The notes: generated from the sequence alone by a model not told the origin. Counted from the stretch's first letter, positions 37,613-47,480 are shown. The stretch: 64,000 bases of DNA from Bdellovibrionales bacterium (GCA_964230645.1 CAXRHT010000001.1:192001-256000), one strand, 5' to 3'. Made by a program: numbers and translations.

Positions 37613-38617
37613 TTATGCTTCGCGAACCATCTTCGCGCAAGCTTCGATCCAGTGATCATCGTCATTGAGGCAGGGCACAAATCGAAAGGACTCTCCTCCC
37701 GCGGCTAGAAAGCTCTCTTTTCCACCAAGAGCGATCTCTTCAAGGGTTTCTAACCCATCAACAGAGAATCCAGGACAGATGACACTCACCTTTTTATGTC
37801 CCTTTCCGGCCAACTCTTTGAGTTTGTTCTCTGTTGAAGGTTCTAACCACTTCTGACGCCCCAATCGGGATTGAAAACTAACACTATAATCCTCGGGACT
37901 GAGGCCCAACTCTTTGCTTAAAAGTTGAGCGGTCTTAAGGCACTGAGCTCGGTAACAAGTTTTTAAAACGTTTTGTGGTGCTTTTTCACAGCAGTTTTCT
38001 ACTTTCAGGCAGTGCTGTCCTGTGGGGTCCGTTTTGAAAAGGTGACTTTCTGGAAGACCGTGAAAACTCATTAATAAGTGCTCACCTTTCTGAGGCAGCC
38101 CTTGAGTCTTTAAAAAAACACCATAGGCTTTAATGAAGCGAGAATCATCAAAATAAGGCTCTATTACCGTGGCTTTTTCATTCTCAAAATACTGCTCAAA
38201 TTTTTCAAGACCCGTTTTAACCGTTGAGTCCGCATACTGCGGGTACTGAGGAAAGAAAATGATCTTCTCGCAGTCTTTAAGCTCATCGTGGGCGCTTTTA
38301 AAACCAGGCTCACCGTATCTCATGGCAACCACGACTTGGTAGTTTTGCCCCAATTTTTGCTGAAGCGCCTGAGCGGCTTTTTTTGTTTCCACTAACAGAG
38401 GAGAACCCTCACTCGTCCAAACTTTTTTATAATTGGCTGCTGATTTCGATTTCCTAAAAGGCACGATGATCCCCTTAACTAAAAGGGCTCGAAAAAACCA
38501 GGGCAGTTGGATGACATGTTTATCCATTAGAAATTCACCCAAATAGCGTCCTAAGGCTTTGGAATCGGGTCCATCCGGAGTTCCTAGGTTTGAGAAAACC
38601 ACTCCTATTTTAGCCAA
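37613..38617 (-). CDS. hemH: Ferrochelatase
   Basis: NLGTP, GSPL, AMRYGEP, PQYPQY, SFHGLP, FQSRLGRQKWLEP and DGLETLEEI. Confidence 0.95.
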   Translation of the reverse strand: MAKIGVVFSNLGTPDGPDSKALGRYLGEFLMDKHVIQLPWFFRALLVKGIIVPFRKSKSAANYKKVWTSEGSPLLVETKKAAQALQQKLGQNYQVVVAMRYGEPGFKSAHDELKDCEKIIFFPQYPQYADSTVKTGLEKFEQYFENEKATVIEPYFDDSRFIKAYGVFLKTQGLPQKGEHLLMSFHGLPESHLFKTDPTGQHCLKVENCCEKAPQNVLKTCYRAQCLKTAQLLSKELGLSPEDYSVSFQSRLGRQKWLEPSTENKLKELAGKGHKKVSVICPGFSVDGLETLEEIALGGKESFLAAGGESFRFVPCLNDDDHWIEACAKMVREA

Positions 38618-39833
38618 AGTGGCCTCCTTCAATTTTCTTTAAATTTTTCCTAGCCTTGAGCAAAATTTTACTCAACCCTAAATCCCCTAGATAATTTCCA
38701 ATAAAGAGATAAGGAGATTTGTCGTTTTCTAGATCCACGAGAAACTCTCTTAAGGCACTGTCATAAAGAGGAATCTTACCGGGCCACTGATAGACATAGG
38801 TTTTCTTTGGATCCACCCTCTCACCAGTAAGTTTATAACGATCCGTCATCACGTAGCGGATCAGAGCGGTATGACTCATATGGGAGAAATCCATTTTGTC
38901 GTCATTGAGAATCCAAGTTTCTGAAACGTGCGAGCCTCCACGACCTTTAAATATATTGTTATTAAATAAGACTCCCAAAGAATTAAAGCTTTCTTTTTTC
39001 GGAAATAAGCAGCCAAATCCGTCTTTCTTTTGAGCCACTTTGTTTTTTCCAAAACACAAAGTGACGGAAGTGAGAGAGACCGACTTTGTTTCAAGTATAC
39101 TTTTTGGAATATCCAACCTCTGACTATTCACAAGGCTTCTCATATCAGCCAAGCTCACTGCAAAAATAGTGGGATTTTGATTGAGATTCTCTTTTTCGGT
39201 TTCCAGAAAAAACTCACAACCATTTTCCACTAGATATTTGCGGGTCTGCTCGATCCACTCTCCCATTCCACCTTCAGGAGCGACGGATCCTCTTAACTTA
39301 CCTTTCTTTGGCCTTTTCTTAAGGGAGTCTAAAATCAATTGGGCATCAAGGTTTTTGGATTCGGTCGCGTAAACACCCTGCATACCGGGCTCCAAAAGGT
39401 TTTCTGTGACAGAAGCCCCAAGCAGTCGACATCCCCAGTCCCACAAACTCTCATCAGGACTTGCAACCAATTTGTCTTTACCCCATTTTGCCATCAGAGC
39501 AAATTTAGCCAGGGGAAGACTTTCAAAAAGACTCAGTGGCCAGCGGCTCATCTCTCCGTTGTTATAGACATAACGTTTACGCGCTTTCCTTTTTTTGGGG
39601 CGTAATTTCACCCCAATAACCGACGCGACTCGCTCAAGCTCTTTATTGGCAAGAAAAGCATTGGCTCCCTGTTCGATCAAAAATGGGGAATCCAACTTAG
39701 TACCAAGCAGTCCTCCTACTTTGGTTTCTTTTTCAAAAACCCGAACATTATAGCCTTTCTCTGTTAAATAGAAGGCCTGCATTAGCCCTGAGAAACCGCC
39801 ACCAATGATGTCAATTTTTATATCTTTACTCAC
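38610..39833 (-). CDS. hemG: Protoporphyrinogen/coproporphyrinogen oxidase (HemY-type FAD enzyme)
   Basis: IIGGGFSGL, EQGANAF, GVYA and GFGCLFP; located in the hem operon. Confidence 0.88.
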   Translation of the reverse strand: MSKDIKIDIIGGGFSGLMQAFYLTEKGYNVRVFEKETKVGGLLGTKLDSPFLIEQGANAFLANKELERVASVIGVKLRPKKRKARKRYVYNNGEMSRWPLSLFESLPLAKFALMAKWGKDKLVASPDESLWDWGCRLLGASVTENLLEPGMQGVYATESKNLDAQLILDSLKKRPKKGKLRGSVAPEGGMGEWIEQTRKYLVENGCEFFLETEKENLNQNPTIFAVSLADMRSLVNSQRLDIPKSILETKSVSLTSVTLCFGKNKVAQKKDGFGCLFPKKESFNSLGVLFNNNIFKGRGGSHVSETWILNDDKMDFSHMSHTALIRYVMTDRYKLTGERVDPKKTYVYQWPGKIPLYDSALREFLVDLENDKSPYLFIGNYLGDLGLSKILLKARKNLKKIEGGHFG

Positions 39834-39847
39834 TTAAAGGAAGCTCC

Positions 39848-41197
39848 TTACAAGGATTTAGAGAAAATTTCAGACTCTGGTTTTTTACGCAGAAGCCTTT
39901 CATCTAGAGAAAGACAGGCGTTACGCAAAAAGGGCTTTCCTTTTTTGGTTAAGCGCATCTCACCCTCTTTAATTTCAACCAACTGGTCTTGAATCATTTC
40001 TTTTAAAAATTCTTTCACTCGTTTTTCTTGCGCCTCGTTTTCAAAGCGAGTTTTACCAATAGTCATAAACTCTAAAATTTGCTCTCGCCTCTTCTGATCT
40101 TCCTCGGTTAAAAGATGACCTCGTAAAGTGGAAATTTCCCCTTGTTGAGTACGCCTTTCATAAACTGGCAAAGCTTTTTCATTCTGATGAAAGCAGTCTG
40201 GGGTTTCTGAGATCGCACTCACGCCAAGACCTAAAAGCACTTGCGTGCGCTCTTCGACATAACCCATGAAATTTCGGTGAAGCTCATTTTTCTCGAAACT
40301 TTTAGAGAGATCGTCAGTGGGAAGGGCGAAATGGTCCATACCAATTTCTACATAGCCTTTCTCTAAGAGAAAGGCTCTTGAGATTTCATAAAGTCGTCTT
40401 TTGTCTTTTCCCTTAGGGAGATCTTCGTCTTTGAAAAGTTTTTGAGCGGGTTTGATCCATGGAACGATCGCCAGGGAATAAAGAGCAATACGGTCGGGCT
40501 TAAGCGTCCAAGTTTTCTCCATCATATCCATGACTGAGGCCTCTGTTTGCGTGGGAAGGCCATAGATCAAATCAAAATTAACCGAGGAATAGCCTAAGCT
40601 TCTTGCTGCCTCGGTGATTTCCAAAGTTTGTTCGTAAGGCTGCACTCGGTGCACCAAACGCTGCACCTCAGGGTCAAAGTCTTGAACCCCTAAGCTCACT
40701 CGTGAAAAGCCCACGTCCCGCAATCTTTTTAAATGCTCTTTTGTGGTGCGCCGAGGGTCCACCTCAAAAGAGCCATGAAAGTTTTCAGGACGATTGAGAT
40801 TTTTCATAATCTCAAGAGCTAATGTTTGTAAATTTTTAGGACTTAAAAAGGTGGGTGTTCCTCCCCCAAAATGAAATTGCTGAAGGGGGGATTCCATTAA
40901 CTCGGGCAAAGCCTCCAAATAAAGACTCATTTCCTTGAGCACAATATCCATATAGGGCTCTTCTCTTTTATGATTACGAGTAATACTGGTGTTGCATCCA
41001 CAAAAGGTGCACAGCGTTTCGCAATAGGGAATATGAACATAAAGAGACCATGGCGGACGATTTTTATAGGCTTTTTTTAACGACTCAATCCACTGCTCTG
41101 TTGTGGGTGAATCCGACCAATAAGGAACCGTCGGATAACTGGTGTAGCGAGGTACGGGTACATTGTACTTATAAAAAAGTTCGTCTGAATCTTTCAA
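39848..41197 (-). CDS. hemN: Oxygen-independent coproporphyrinogen III oxidase (radical SAM)
   Basis: PRYTSYPT, YVHIPYCETLCTFCGC, GGGTP and HRNFMGY; TTGA overlap with the hemE stop. Confidence 0.95.
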   Translation of the reverse strand: MKDSDELFYKYNVPVPRYTSYPTVPYWSDSPTTEQWIESLKKAYKNRPPWSLYVHIPYCETLCTFCGCNTSITRNHKREEPYMDIVLKEMSLYLEALPELMESPLQQFHFGGGTPTFLSPKNLQTLALEIMKNLNRPENFHGSFEVDPRRTTKEHLKRLRDVGFSRVSLGVQDFDPEVQRLVHRVQPYEQTLEITEAARSLGYSSVNFDLIYGLPTQTEASVMDMMEKTWTLKPDRIALYSLAIVPWIKPAQKLFKDEDLPKGKDKRRLYEISRAFLLEKGYVEIGMDHFALPTDDLSKSFEKNELHRNFMGYVEERTQVLLGLGVSAISETPDCFHQNEKALPVYERRTQQGEISTLRGHLLTEEDQKRREQILEFMTIGKTRFENEAQEKRVKEFLKEMIQDQLVEIKEGEMRLTKKGKPFLRNACLSLDERLLRKKPESEIFSKSL

Positions 41198-42210
41198 AAG
41201 GACTCCCTTACGATTTTTACAAAGTTTTTCACATTTTCTTCTGGGGTTTTCGGAAGAACTCCATGCCCCAAACCACAAACCCAACCGGCTCGTTCTTCTT
41301 CTGTCATTTCCTGGAAGGGTTTCAGGTAGGCTCTGAGTGATTTTTCAAATTCATCGGGCTTTTGGAAAAGTTGGGATTGATCAAAGTTTCCTTGCACGAA
41401 CCCCTCCCCTTTATTCATCCAATCTGTTAAATGCCAACGGTGGTCATAACCGAAACCTGCGAACTTGGATTTTTCCCAAAGAGTGTGCAGATGACCGGGG
41501 AGAGTGTTTTTTGAATAATAACCGAGCTGTCCTGCAAAAGTTTTTGATAAATCAATAAGGTAGGGATGCAGAAGATGCCAGTAGTCTTGGCAGGCCAACT
41601 CACCGGCTGCCGTGTCAAAAACCATGACCTTTTCCGCTCCCCCACGAAGTTGCAGTTCAATGTTTTTCTCCATTAATGGAGCGATCATTTCACAAAAGGC
41701 TGGAAAAAGAGAGAGTCTTTTCTTCACTTCAATAAGACTGCCTTTATGTGATCCCGCCACAGCGTAAACAAAAAGAGTCCATGGACTACCAACAAAGCCG
41801 ATAAGGCTTTTTTCTTCGGGAAGCACTTTACGAGTTTCTCTCACAGCCTCTTCTTGAAACTGAAGCATTTCGAAAGCTTGATCCACGGTGTTCATCTTTT
41901 TAAAATCCTCAGCGGAATCAAGGTACCAACCAAGCTCCGGAGCCGGGTCATATTTTAATCCCATCCCCAGCCCTTCGAGCGGGAAAAGAAGATCACTAAA
42001 AAGAATGGAAACATCAAAATCGAATTCCGCCACGGGACCCAGCGCCACTTCTGCGGCAAGCTTTGGTGTTTTACAAAGTTCCACAAAACTGTGCTGCTTT
42101 CGCATACCCTGATAGTGCTTGTGATAGCGTCCCGCTTGTCTCATCATCCACACCGGAGGAACTTTCTGAGCTTTTCTTGAACAAGCATTTTTAAATTTTT
42201 CATTTCTCAT
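41194..42210 (-). CDS. hemE: Uroporphyrinogen decarboxylase
   Basis: PVWMMRQAGRY, ILFSDL, GFVGSPWT and LGHGVLP. Confidence 0.96.
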   Translation of the reverse strand: MRNEKFKNACSRKAQKVPPVWMMRQAGRYHKHYQGMRKQHSFVELCKTPKLAAEVALGPVAEFDFDVSILFSDLLFPLEGLGMGLKYDPAPELGWYLDSAEDFKKMNTVDQAFEMLQFQEEAVRETRKVLPEEKSLIGFVGSPWTLFVYAVAGSHKGSLIEVKKRLSLFPAFCEMIAPLMEKNIELQLRGGAEKVMVFDTAAGELACQDYWHLLHPYLIDLSKTFAGQLGYYSKNTLPGHLHTLWEKSKFAGFGYDHRWHLTDWMNKGEGFVQGNFDQSQLFQKPDEFEKSLRAYLKPFQEMTEEERAGWVCGLGHGVLPKTPEENVKNFVKIVRESF

Positions 42211-42866
42211 GGGTTCTCTCCTTTTAAGGCCCAAAGGTAACCTTCTCCTCGTACCGAACGTATCCACTCATGGTCTTCATCAAGAAGCATTTGCCTGATA
42301 CCAACCACAGCGTTGTCCACTGTTCGATGAGAAGGGTTCTGATCCTTTCCATAAACATAATCAATAATTTCATCTCGGCTCACCACTTGGGGAGCTCTCT
42401 GTACTAGAATTTTTAACAAACGGAAGTCTCTTTTATTGAGAAGATGAGTGTCTTTACTCGTGGTGATCTGCCTTTTATGAAGATCTAAAGTCGTCCCATT
42501 GAGACTCCACTGGCTCTTCGCCTCTTGTTTCTCTCCAAGCGCTCGATCAATCTTTAAGAACAGCTCTTGCAGCAAAAAAGGCTTAGGAATAAAGTCCATT
42601 GCTCCGAGCTCTACCCCTTTTAGTCTATTTTCCGGATCACTCATGGCACTCATAATAATAACAGGGCAGCCCAGTGGTTTTACTAAATCAAAGCCTGTTC
42701 CATCAGGCAAATTCAAATCAAGGATGGCGAGATCAAACTCTCCTTCTCTTTTTTCTAGAGCCTCATTAAAATTCTGGGACCAATGCACCTGATAGCTTCT
42801 TTTTTCCAACTCATCACGAATCAAACGCCCAAGGTCTCTGTCATCTTCCACCAGAAGAATATTCAT
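42207..42866 (-). CDS. OmpR/PhoB-family response regulator within the hem operon (HemR-like)
   Basis: ILLVEDD, LDLNLPDG, DFIPKPF and wHTH SVRGEGY. Confidence 0.9.
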   Translation of the reverse strand: MNILLVEDDRDLGRLIRDELEKRSYQVHWSQNFNEALEKREGEFDLAILDLNLPDGTGFDLVKPLGCPVIIMSAMSDPENRLKGVELGAMDFIPKPFLLQELFLKIDRALGEKQEAKSQWSLNGTTLDLHKRQITTSKDTHLLNKRDFRLLKILVQRAPQVVSRDEIIDYVYGKDQNPSHRTVDNAVVGIRQMLLDEDHEWIRSVRGEGYLWALKGENP

Positions 42867-43708
42867 TAAAATCCTCCTGGAAGTTGGATATGGACTTTCA
42901 GTGAGCCCGATGGCGATTGAGAAAAATTAAGTTTTCCTCCAAGCTTTGAAACCCACTGTCTTACAATAATCAAACCAAAGCCGGAGTTGCCCTGACTGGT
43001 TTCCTGCTGAGGATAGCCTAAACTTTCTAGATTTCCTTTAAAGCTTTTGCCATTGTCTTCGTAAATTATTTGGGAATTTTTATTTTCGTTTCTTAGAGTC
43101 ACTTTAACCTGATCGGCTTCTCCGTGAAAAAAAGAATTGTGAAAAAGGTTTTTAAAAATACTATGCAAGGCTTTACGGTCCGAGCGTATTTCCTCTTCTC
43201 CAGAGAATTGGATCGTGATCTCAGGCCATTGGATGTGTAGGTCCATCAGTAGGTTTTTTAAATTTATGTTTTCAATAAAAGTGCTTTTGCGCTGACCGAT
43301 GGTGGAATCCAGTCCGTTTTCAAAATCGATTTGCATCTTTCTCGTATGACCCAGAATTTTATCCCAACTCTCATCCTCGTTCTCACCAGCCGCTTTCTCC
43401 ACCTGGAGCTGTAAGCGAAAAAGATTTGTCTTCATGTCGTGAGCGAAGCTAGCAAAAAACATCTCTTTGGCAGACTTTTCTTTATACATTCTATAGGCAA
43501 GGTAAAAAAGCGCTAGGCCTCCACTGAGAAGACAGAAAAGAAGCACGGTACCTTCGGTAAACAGCATCTTTTGATGTTTGGCTAGTTGCGAGGGCATTCC
43601 AAGAGAGGCCGCTTTAGAAAGGGTTGTGATTCCAAAATAAAGCCACCAGCCCGCTAAAGACATAACAAAACTAAGCCAAACAAAAATGATCGCAAAGATC
43701 CATCTCAC
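42866..43708 (-). CDS. Sensor histidine kinase within the hem operon (HemK/Hklep-like)
   Basis: Two TM helices with a short loop (WW...MLFTEG), H-box AHDMKT, NLFHNS, EDNG and GFGL. Confidence 0.88.
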   Translation of the reverse strand: MRWIFAIIFVWLSFVMSLAGWWLYFGITTLSKAASLGMPSQLAKHQKMLFTEGTVLLFCLLSGGLALFYLAYRMYKEKSAKEMFFASFAHDMKTNLFRLQLQVEKAAGENEDESWDKILGHTRKMQIDFENGLDSTIGQRKSTFIENINLKNLLMDLHIQWPEITIQFSGEEEIRSDRKALHSIFKNLFHNSFFHGEADQVKVTLRNENKNSQIIYEDNGKSFKGNLESLGYPQQETSQGNSGFGLIIVRQWVSKLGGKLNFSQSPSGSLKVHIQLPGGF

Positions 43709-44997
43709 GCCTTTAACTTCTCCTTCAAACCAGTGAAAGCTTTTTTAAAGCGATGGGTGGCTTCGACCAGAACTTTCTCATTGTGGGCCCAAGAAAGAAA
43801 CGACACTTCAAAGCCACTGGGTGCTAAGAAGATTTTTTGCTTCAAACACTGATGAAAAAGTTCGGTGAAAAGTTCGCCTTGCTTAGTTGATATTTCCGGA
43901 AGAGATTCAGGCTCTTTTTTATCCGAGCCGTGCATCCAAAGAAGAGAACCTTGTTGTACAATTTTTAATGGAAGCTCAAGATCGCTAATATGGGATTCCA
44001 AAGCTTCCACAAAGCCTTCCGTTCTTTGAGTCATTTTCGCCAGAATATTTTCCCTACGTACTTTCTCAAGAGTCGTAAGACCTGCCACCATACCGACGGG
44101 ATTTCCACTCAAAGTACCGGCTTGATAAACAGGACCCTGTGGCGCCACATAGTCCATCAGATCTTTGCGGCCACCGTAACAACCCACTGGAAAACCGCCA
44201 CCGATCACTTTACCGTAGGTCACAAGATCCGGCGTTACCCCTGAGATCTCAGCCATGCCGCCAAGAGCCACTCGAAAACCTGAAATCACTTCATCAAAAA
44301 TAAGAAGACTGTCATTTTCTTTTGTGATTTTTCGCAAGAACTTTAAAAACTCAGGATCTTGCTTCAACATTCCAAAGTTAGCCGGAAGGGGTTCAATAAT
44401 AACGGCAGCAATATCGTCGTGATCATTGAATATCTTTTCAACGGACTCTTGATCCCCTAGGGAAGCAAGCAGAGTTTCCGAGGCGACTTTGTCTGAAACG
44501 CCGGCACTATCACTTGCGGACTGCCCTGCGAGGCCACTGCCAGCTTTCACAAGAAGAGAGTCCATATGACCATGGTAGCAACCTTCAAATTTCAAGATTT
44601 TATTTTTACCTGTCGCTCCACGAGCCACTCTCAGAGCACTCATGACGGCTTCGGTTCCTGAGCTGACAAAACGTAGATTTTCAACATGAGGCACATGTTC
44701 AACGATCCATTCGGCCAATTTTAAACTATAGGGTTCGCAAGCTCCGAAGGTCCACGCGGTTTTGATCATTTCCTCCACCGCCGAGGAAACATCCGGGTCT
44801 CTATGTCCCAGAATTAAGGGGCCAAAGCTTTGGCAGAAGTCTATGTACTCGTCACCTTCAACACTCGTGAGAGTAGCACCTTCGGCCTTTGCAAAAAACA
44901 GAGGATTTCCGCCTACACTTTTAAAAGCCCTGACGGGTGATTGAACCCCTCCTGGGGAGACTTTAACGGCTCTTTCATAGAGTTTCTTTGAATCCAT
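43705..44997 (-). CDS. hemL: Glutamate-1-semialdehyde 2,1-aminomutase
   Basis: PGGVQSPVRAF, SGTEAVMSALR, FDEVISGFR, GKVIGGG and YQAGTLSGNP. Confidence 0.97.
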   Translation of the reverse strand: MDSKKLYERAVKVSPGGVQSPVRAFKSVGGNPLFFAKAEGATLTSVEGDEYIDFCQSFGPLILGHRDPDVSSAVEEMIKTAWTFGACEPYSLKLAEWIVEHVPHVENLRFVSSGTEAVMSALRVARGATGKNKILKFEGCYHGHMDSLLVKAGSGLAGQSASDSAGVSDKVASETLLASLGDQESVEKIFNDHDDIAAVIIEPLPANFGMLKQDPEFLKFLRKITKENDSLLIFDEVISGFRVALGGMAEISGVTPDLVTYGKVIGGGFPVGCYGGRKDLMDYVAPQGPVYQAGTLSGNPVGMVAGLTTLEKVRRENILAKMTQRTEGFVEALESHISDLELPLKIVQQGSLLWMHGSDKKEPESLPEISTKQGELFTELFHQCLKQKIFLAPSGFEVSFLSWAHNEKVLVEATHRFKKAFTGLKEKLKA

Positions 44998-45014
44998 AAT
45001 TTTTGTCCTGTTGT

Positions 45015-46499
45015 CTATTGGATCAGTTTTTCCCAAACCGAGCGGTTGGGTAAAATTTCCGGTTTATTTTCAATACCCCGCTCTTTTAACACCTTCGAGA
45101 GCTTGCGGAAAGTATGGCCCGGCCCACAAAAATGACGAGCCTTGGCGATCTCCGGTACTTTGTTCAGGCAGTGCTCAAACTGGGAGCCACTGGACCAAAA
45201 GAATTCTTTGTACTCTTCAAGAAAAGAGAGGTCTTGCTCTTTTTCCACCAATTCATAAGTCAAAAGGGTGTCTTTTTCCTCGCCTTGAGTTCCTTCTTTG
45301 TGAGTCCATTTAAGCCACTTTTGCTCAGGCCACAAAGCTTTCAGCTGAGGGTCTTCTTTTTCTCCAAGTGATTCGGTTGAGCCATGAACCCAATGTCCTT
45401 TCTCTGCTAACTTTAACCAGGTTTTCATCCCAGCCACCCAGAGGAGATTGTCTTCAAAGTTTTCGCCCCCCTGAAGGCAAGAGGCTTTGGCGATAAAATG
45501 GCAATTGGCCTCGGCCTTTTTTTCCAAGGGGTATTTGAGATCTTTGCGTTCAAAAAGCTCAAGCTTGCCTGTGAAAGGTTTTTTGAGGCGAATCTTTTGA
45601 TCTTTGACACTCAAGTCTTCAAGAGTCTCCCCCTCTTCGGTCTCCCCTTTAAGATAAATCACTTCGCCGTAATCTCGACTCAACTGACTCACACCAATTT
45701 TCTGATGACAGCCACCCCCATGGGATTTCAGAATGCGCCTTTCGTTACACACCGCCTTCCAAGTGGACTCACAGTTAATTTTTAACAGGCTTTCCTTCAG
45801 ATCTTTTCTTTTGTCTGAAATTTCTATGGCAAGAGCCCCTTGGGCGGCCGCTGTTGGGTTTTCTGTCAGAGGAAGAACTTGGAAATCACAGAGGCTTAGG
45901 GCTTCGCGAATTTCGGTTTGAGATTTTTTGAATTCCTCTCTATTTGCTAGAAGCATGCGATCAATTGCGGCTTTGGCCACAATCAGTCCATCGACCTCCG
46001 GGTTTTCTAGCATTTTTCTAATACGTGTATTGATGTTCCCTCTCACATTTTCAAAACGGACTTCGTGTAAATCCCAGGGTAGGTACTTTTTAAAAAAGGG
46101 GGTGAGGTTATATATTCTTCGAGGGGATGAGGAAAACACAACCAGCTTACCCGTTTTTGAAAGCTTTTTTCTATGGGCTTTTTTAAAGAGGAAAAGATCC
46201 CGAAGATCAGCCCTGGGGAGTGTGGCAACTATTTGGGTGCCCTTACCGATATCCACCGGAAGGTCTTTCCATGAATGAACGACCATATCCCACTCACCAT
46301 TGATTAATCCCTCGCGAAAGTCTTCCGTGAAGACTCCTTTTTCGGGCATCTTCCAAAGAGGGTCGTTTTGATTCTGATCGCCAAGGGAAGTTCGGAAGTA
46401 ATAATCGATGTTGAAACCTCTTTTCTCTAAAAGGTCTCCAACTTGGTAGGCTTGTAAACGAGCTAAATCACTTTTTCTTGCGGCTATGCGCAGGTCCAT
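45015..46499 (-). CDS. hemC: Hydroxymethylbilane synthase with C-terminal HemD-like extension
   Basis: RKSDLARLQ, KGVFT, VHSWKDLP, SSPRR, RGNINTR, AAAQGAL and GGGC, plus ~190 extra C-terminal residues (TYEL, FWSSGS, GPGHT). Confidence 0.92.
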   Translation of the reverse strand: MDLRIAARKSDLARLQAYQVGDLLEKRGFNIDYYFRTSLGDQNQNDPLWKMPEKGVFTEDFREGLINGEWDMVVHSWKDLPVDIGKGTQIVATLPRADLRDLFLFKKAHRKKLSKTGKLVVFSSSPRRIYNLTPFFKKYLPWDLHEVRFENVRGNINTRIRKMLENPEVDGLIVAKAAIDRMLLANREEFKKSQTEIREALSLCDFQVLPLTENPTAAAQGALAIEISDKRKDLKESLLKINCESTWKAVCNERRILKSHGGGCHQKIGVSQLSRDYGEVIYLKGETEEGETLEDLSVKDQKIRLKKPFTGKLELFERKDLKYPLEKKAEANCHFIAKASCLQGGENFEDNLLWVAGMKTWLKLAEKGHWVHGSTESLGEKEDPQLKALWPEQKWLKWTHKEGTQGEEKDTLLTYELVEKEQDLSFLEEYKEFFWSSGSQFEHCLNKVPEIAKARHFCGPGHTFRKLSKVLKERGIENKPEILPNRSVWEKLIQ

Positions 46500-47362
46500 A
46501 GATCTTCCCAACCGAAGGGTCTTTGCTTTTCAAAAAGGCTGAAATTCACGGTGTGCTTTTCCACGGCTAGAAAGGCTTTTTTGCGGATTTTATGGGCTTG
46601 ATCTTTATTTTTCTCAATACTGGCAAAAAGAGTCCGCAAGGGAGTGGCACTTTTCACTTCAAGGGGATCTTCCACACTCGAACCTCTAAGATCATAAACA
46701 TGATCGAAGCCATCGAGGTTTACTCTTTCCTGTAACTCCTGAGATTCGATGGGGGCTGCCACCACCAAAACTCCACGACTGGAAAGACCAGAAAGCTCAT
46801 CCATAGGGAGCAGCTCTAAATTATCCTGCCCCTCTTCGAGCTCTTTGTACTTTTCCGGGCGCCGAGTAAAAACCTTGATTTTCACATCCATTTTCGCAAA
46901 CCAAGGGACGATATCTTGAGTGAGCGCTCCAGCTCCGATCAATACAAATTCTCCGGATTTATTTTTTAAATTTTTTCTTAAAAGACTACCGTAAGAAGTG
47001 CAGCCAAGGTTTTGTAAATACTGGGTTCTTACACTTTTGGCGTCTCGCTTGAGTTGGGTGACGATCTCACCCATTGTTACCGAAAAGTGCTCCTGATTCT
47101 TGCGGCAAAATTCTTTGAACTGCCCCAAAATTTCAGTTTCTCCGAGCATCGGAGAGTCCAGACCACAGATCACTGAGAGAAGAAAGCCGTAGGCCTTATC
47201 CCCTTGTTTTCTTTCGTAATTTTCCAGAATATCAGGATTTTCATCTTTTTGGTCAGAGATAATAATAGAACGTAAACACGTGGCCATATGCCAGTGGTTT
47301 TTGGGGAGGCTCATTGCCCGCCCCGGCTCTTTTCTATGATATAGGACCAAATTCTCCGTCAT
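46484..47362 (-). CDS. hemA: Glutamyl-tRNA reductase, short form
   Basis: TCLR (catalytic Cys), GLDSPMLGETEILGQ and IGAG; first gene of the hem operon. Confidence 0.88.
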   Translation of the reverse strand: MTENLVLYHRKEPGRAMSLPKNHWHMATCLRSIIISDQKDENPDILENYERKQGDKAYGFLLSVICGLDSPMLGETEILGQFKEFCRKNQEHFSVTMGEIVTQLKRDAKSVRTQYLQNLGCTSYGSLLRKNLKNKSGEFVLIGAGALTQDIVPWFAKMDVKIKVFTRRPEKYKELEEGQDNLELLPMDELSGLSSRGVLVVAAPIESQELQERVNLDGFDHVYDLRGSSVEDPLEVKSATPLRTLFASIEKNKDQAHKIRKKAFLAVEKHTVNFSLFEKQRPFGWEDLWTCA

Positions 47363-47397
47363 GACCCTTTCAATATAACTGAAAACGTAATGAGATT

Positions 47398-47413
47398 TGT
47401 CATAGAAATGTCA
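47398..47413 (-). promoter_or_regulatory. TGACA-N6-TGACA direct repeat (HemR/PhoB-type box) upstream of hemA
   Basis: Reverse strand reads TGACA-TTTCTA-TGACA, 35 nt before the hemA ATG. Confidence 0.75.
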
Positions 47414-47480
47414 CCCGGCTCGATTCTTTGCCCATTTTCTCGATTTAAGACACACCACATTATAGGTAAGTATTATGTTT

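Noticed and set aside
37398..37708. N-terminal extension of SppA and the 82-aa ORF 37460-37708
   Set aside because: Both run through the palindromic element; sppA has a strong SD before TTG 37397.
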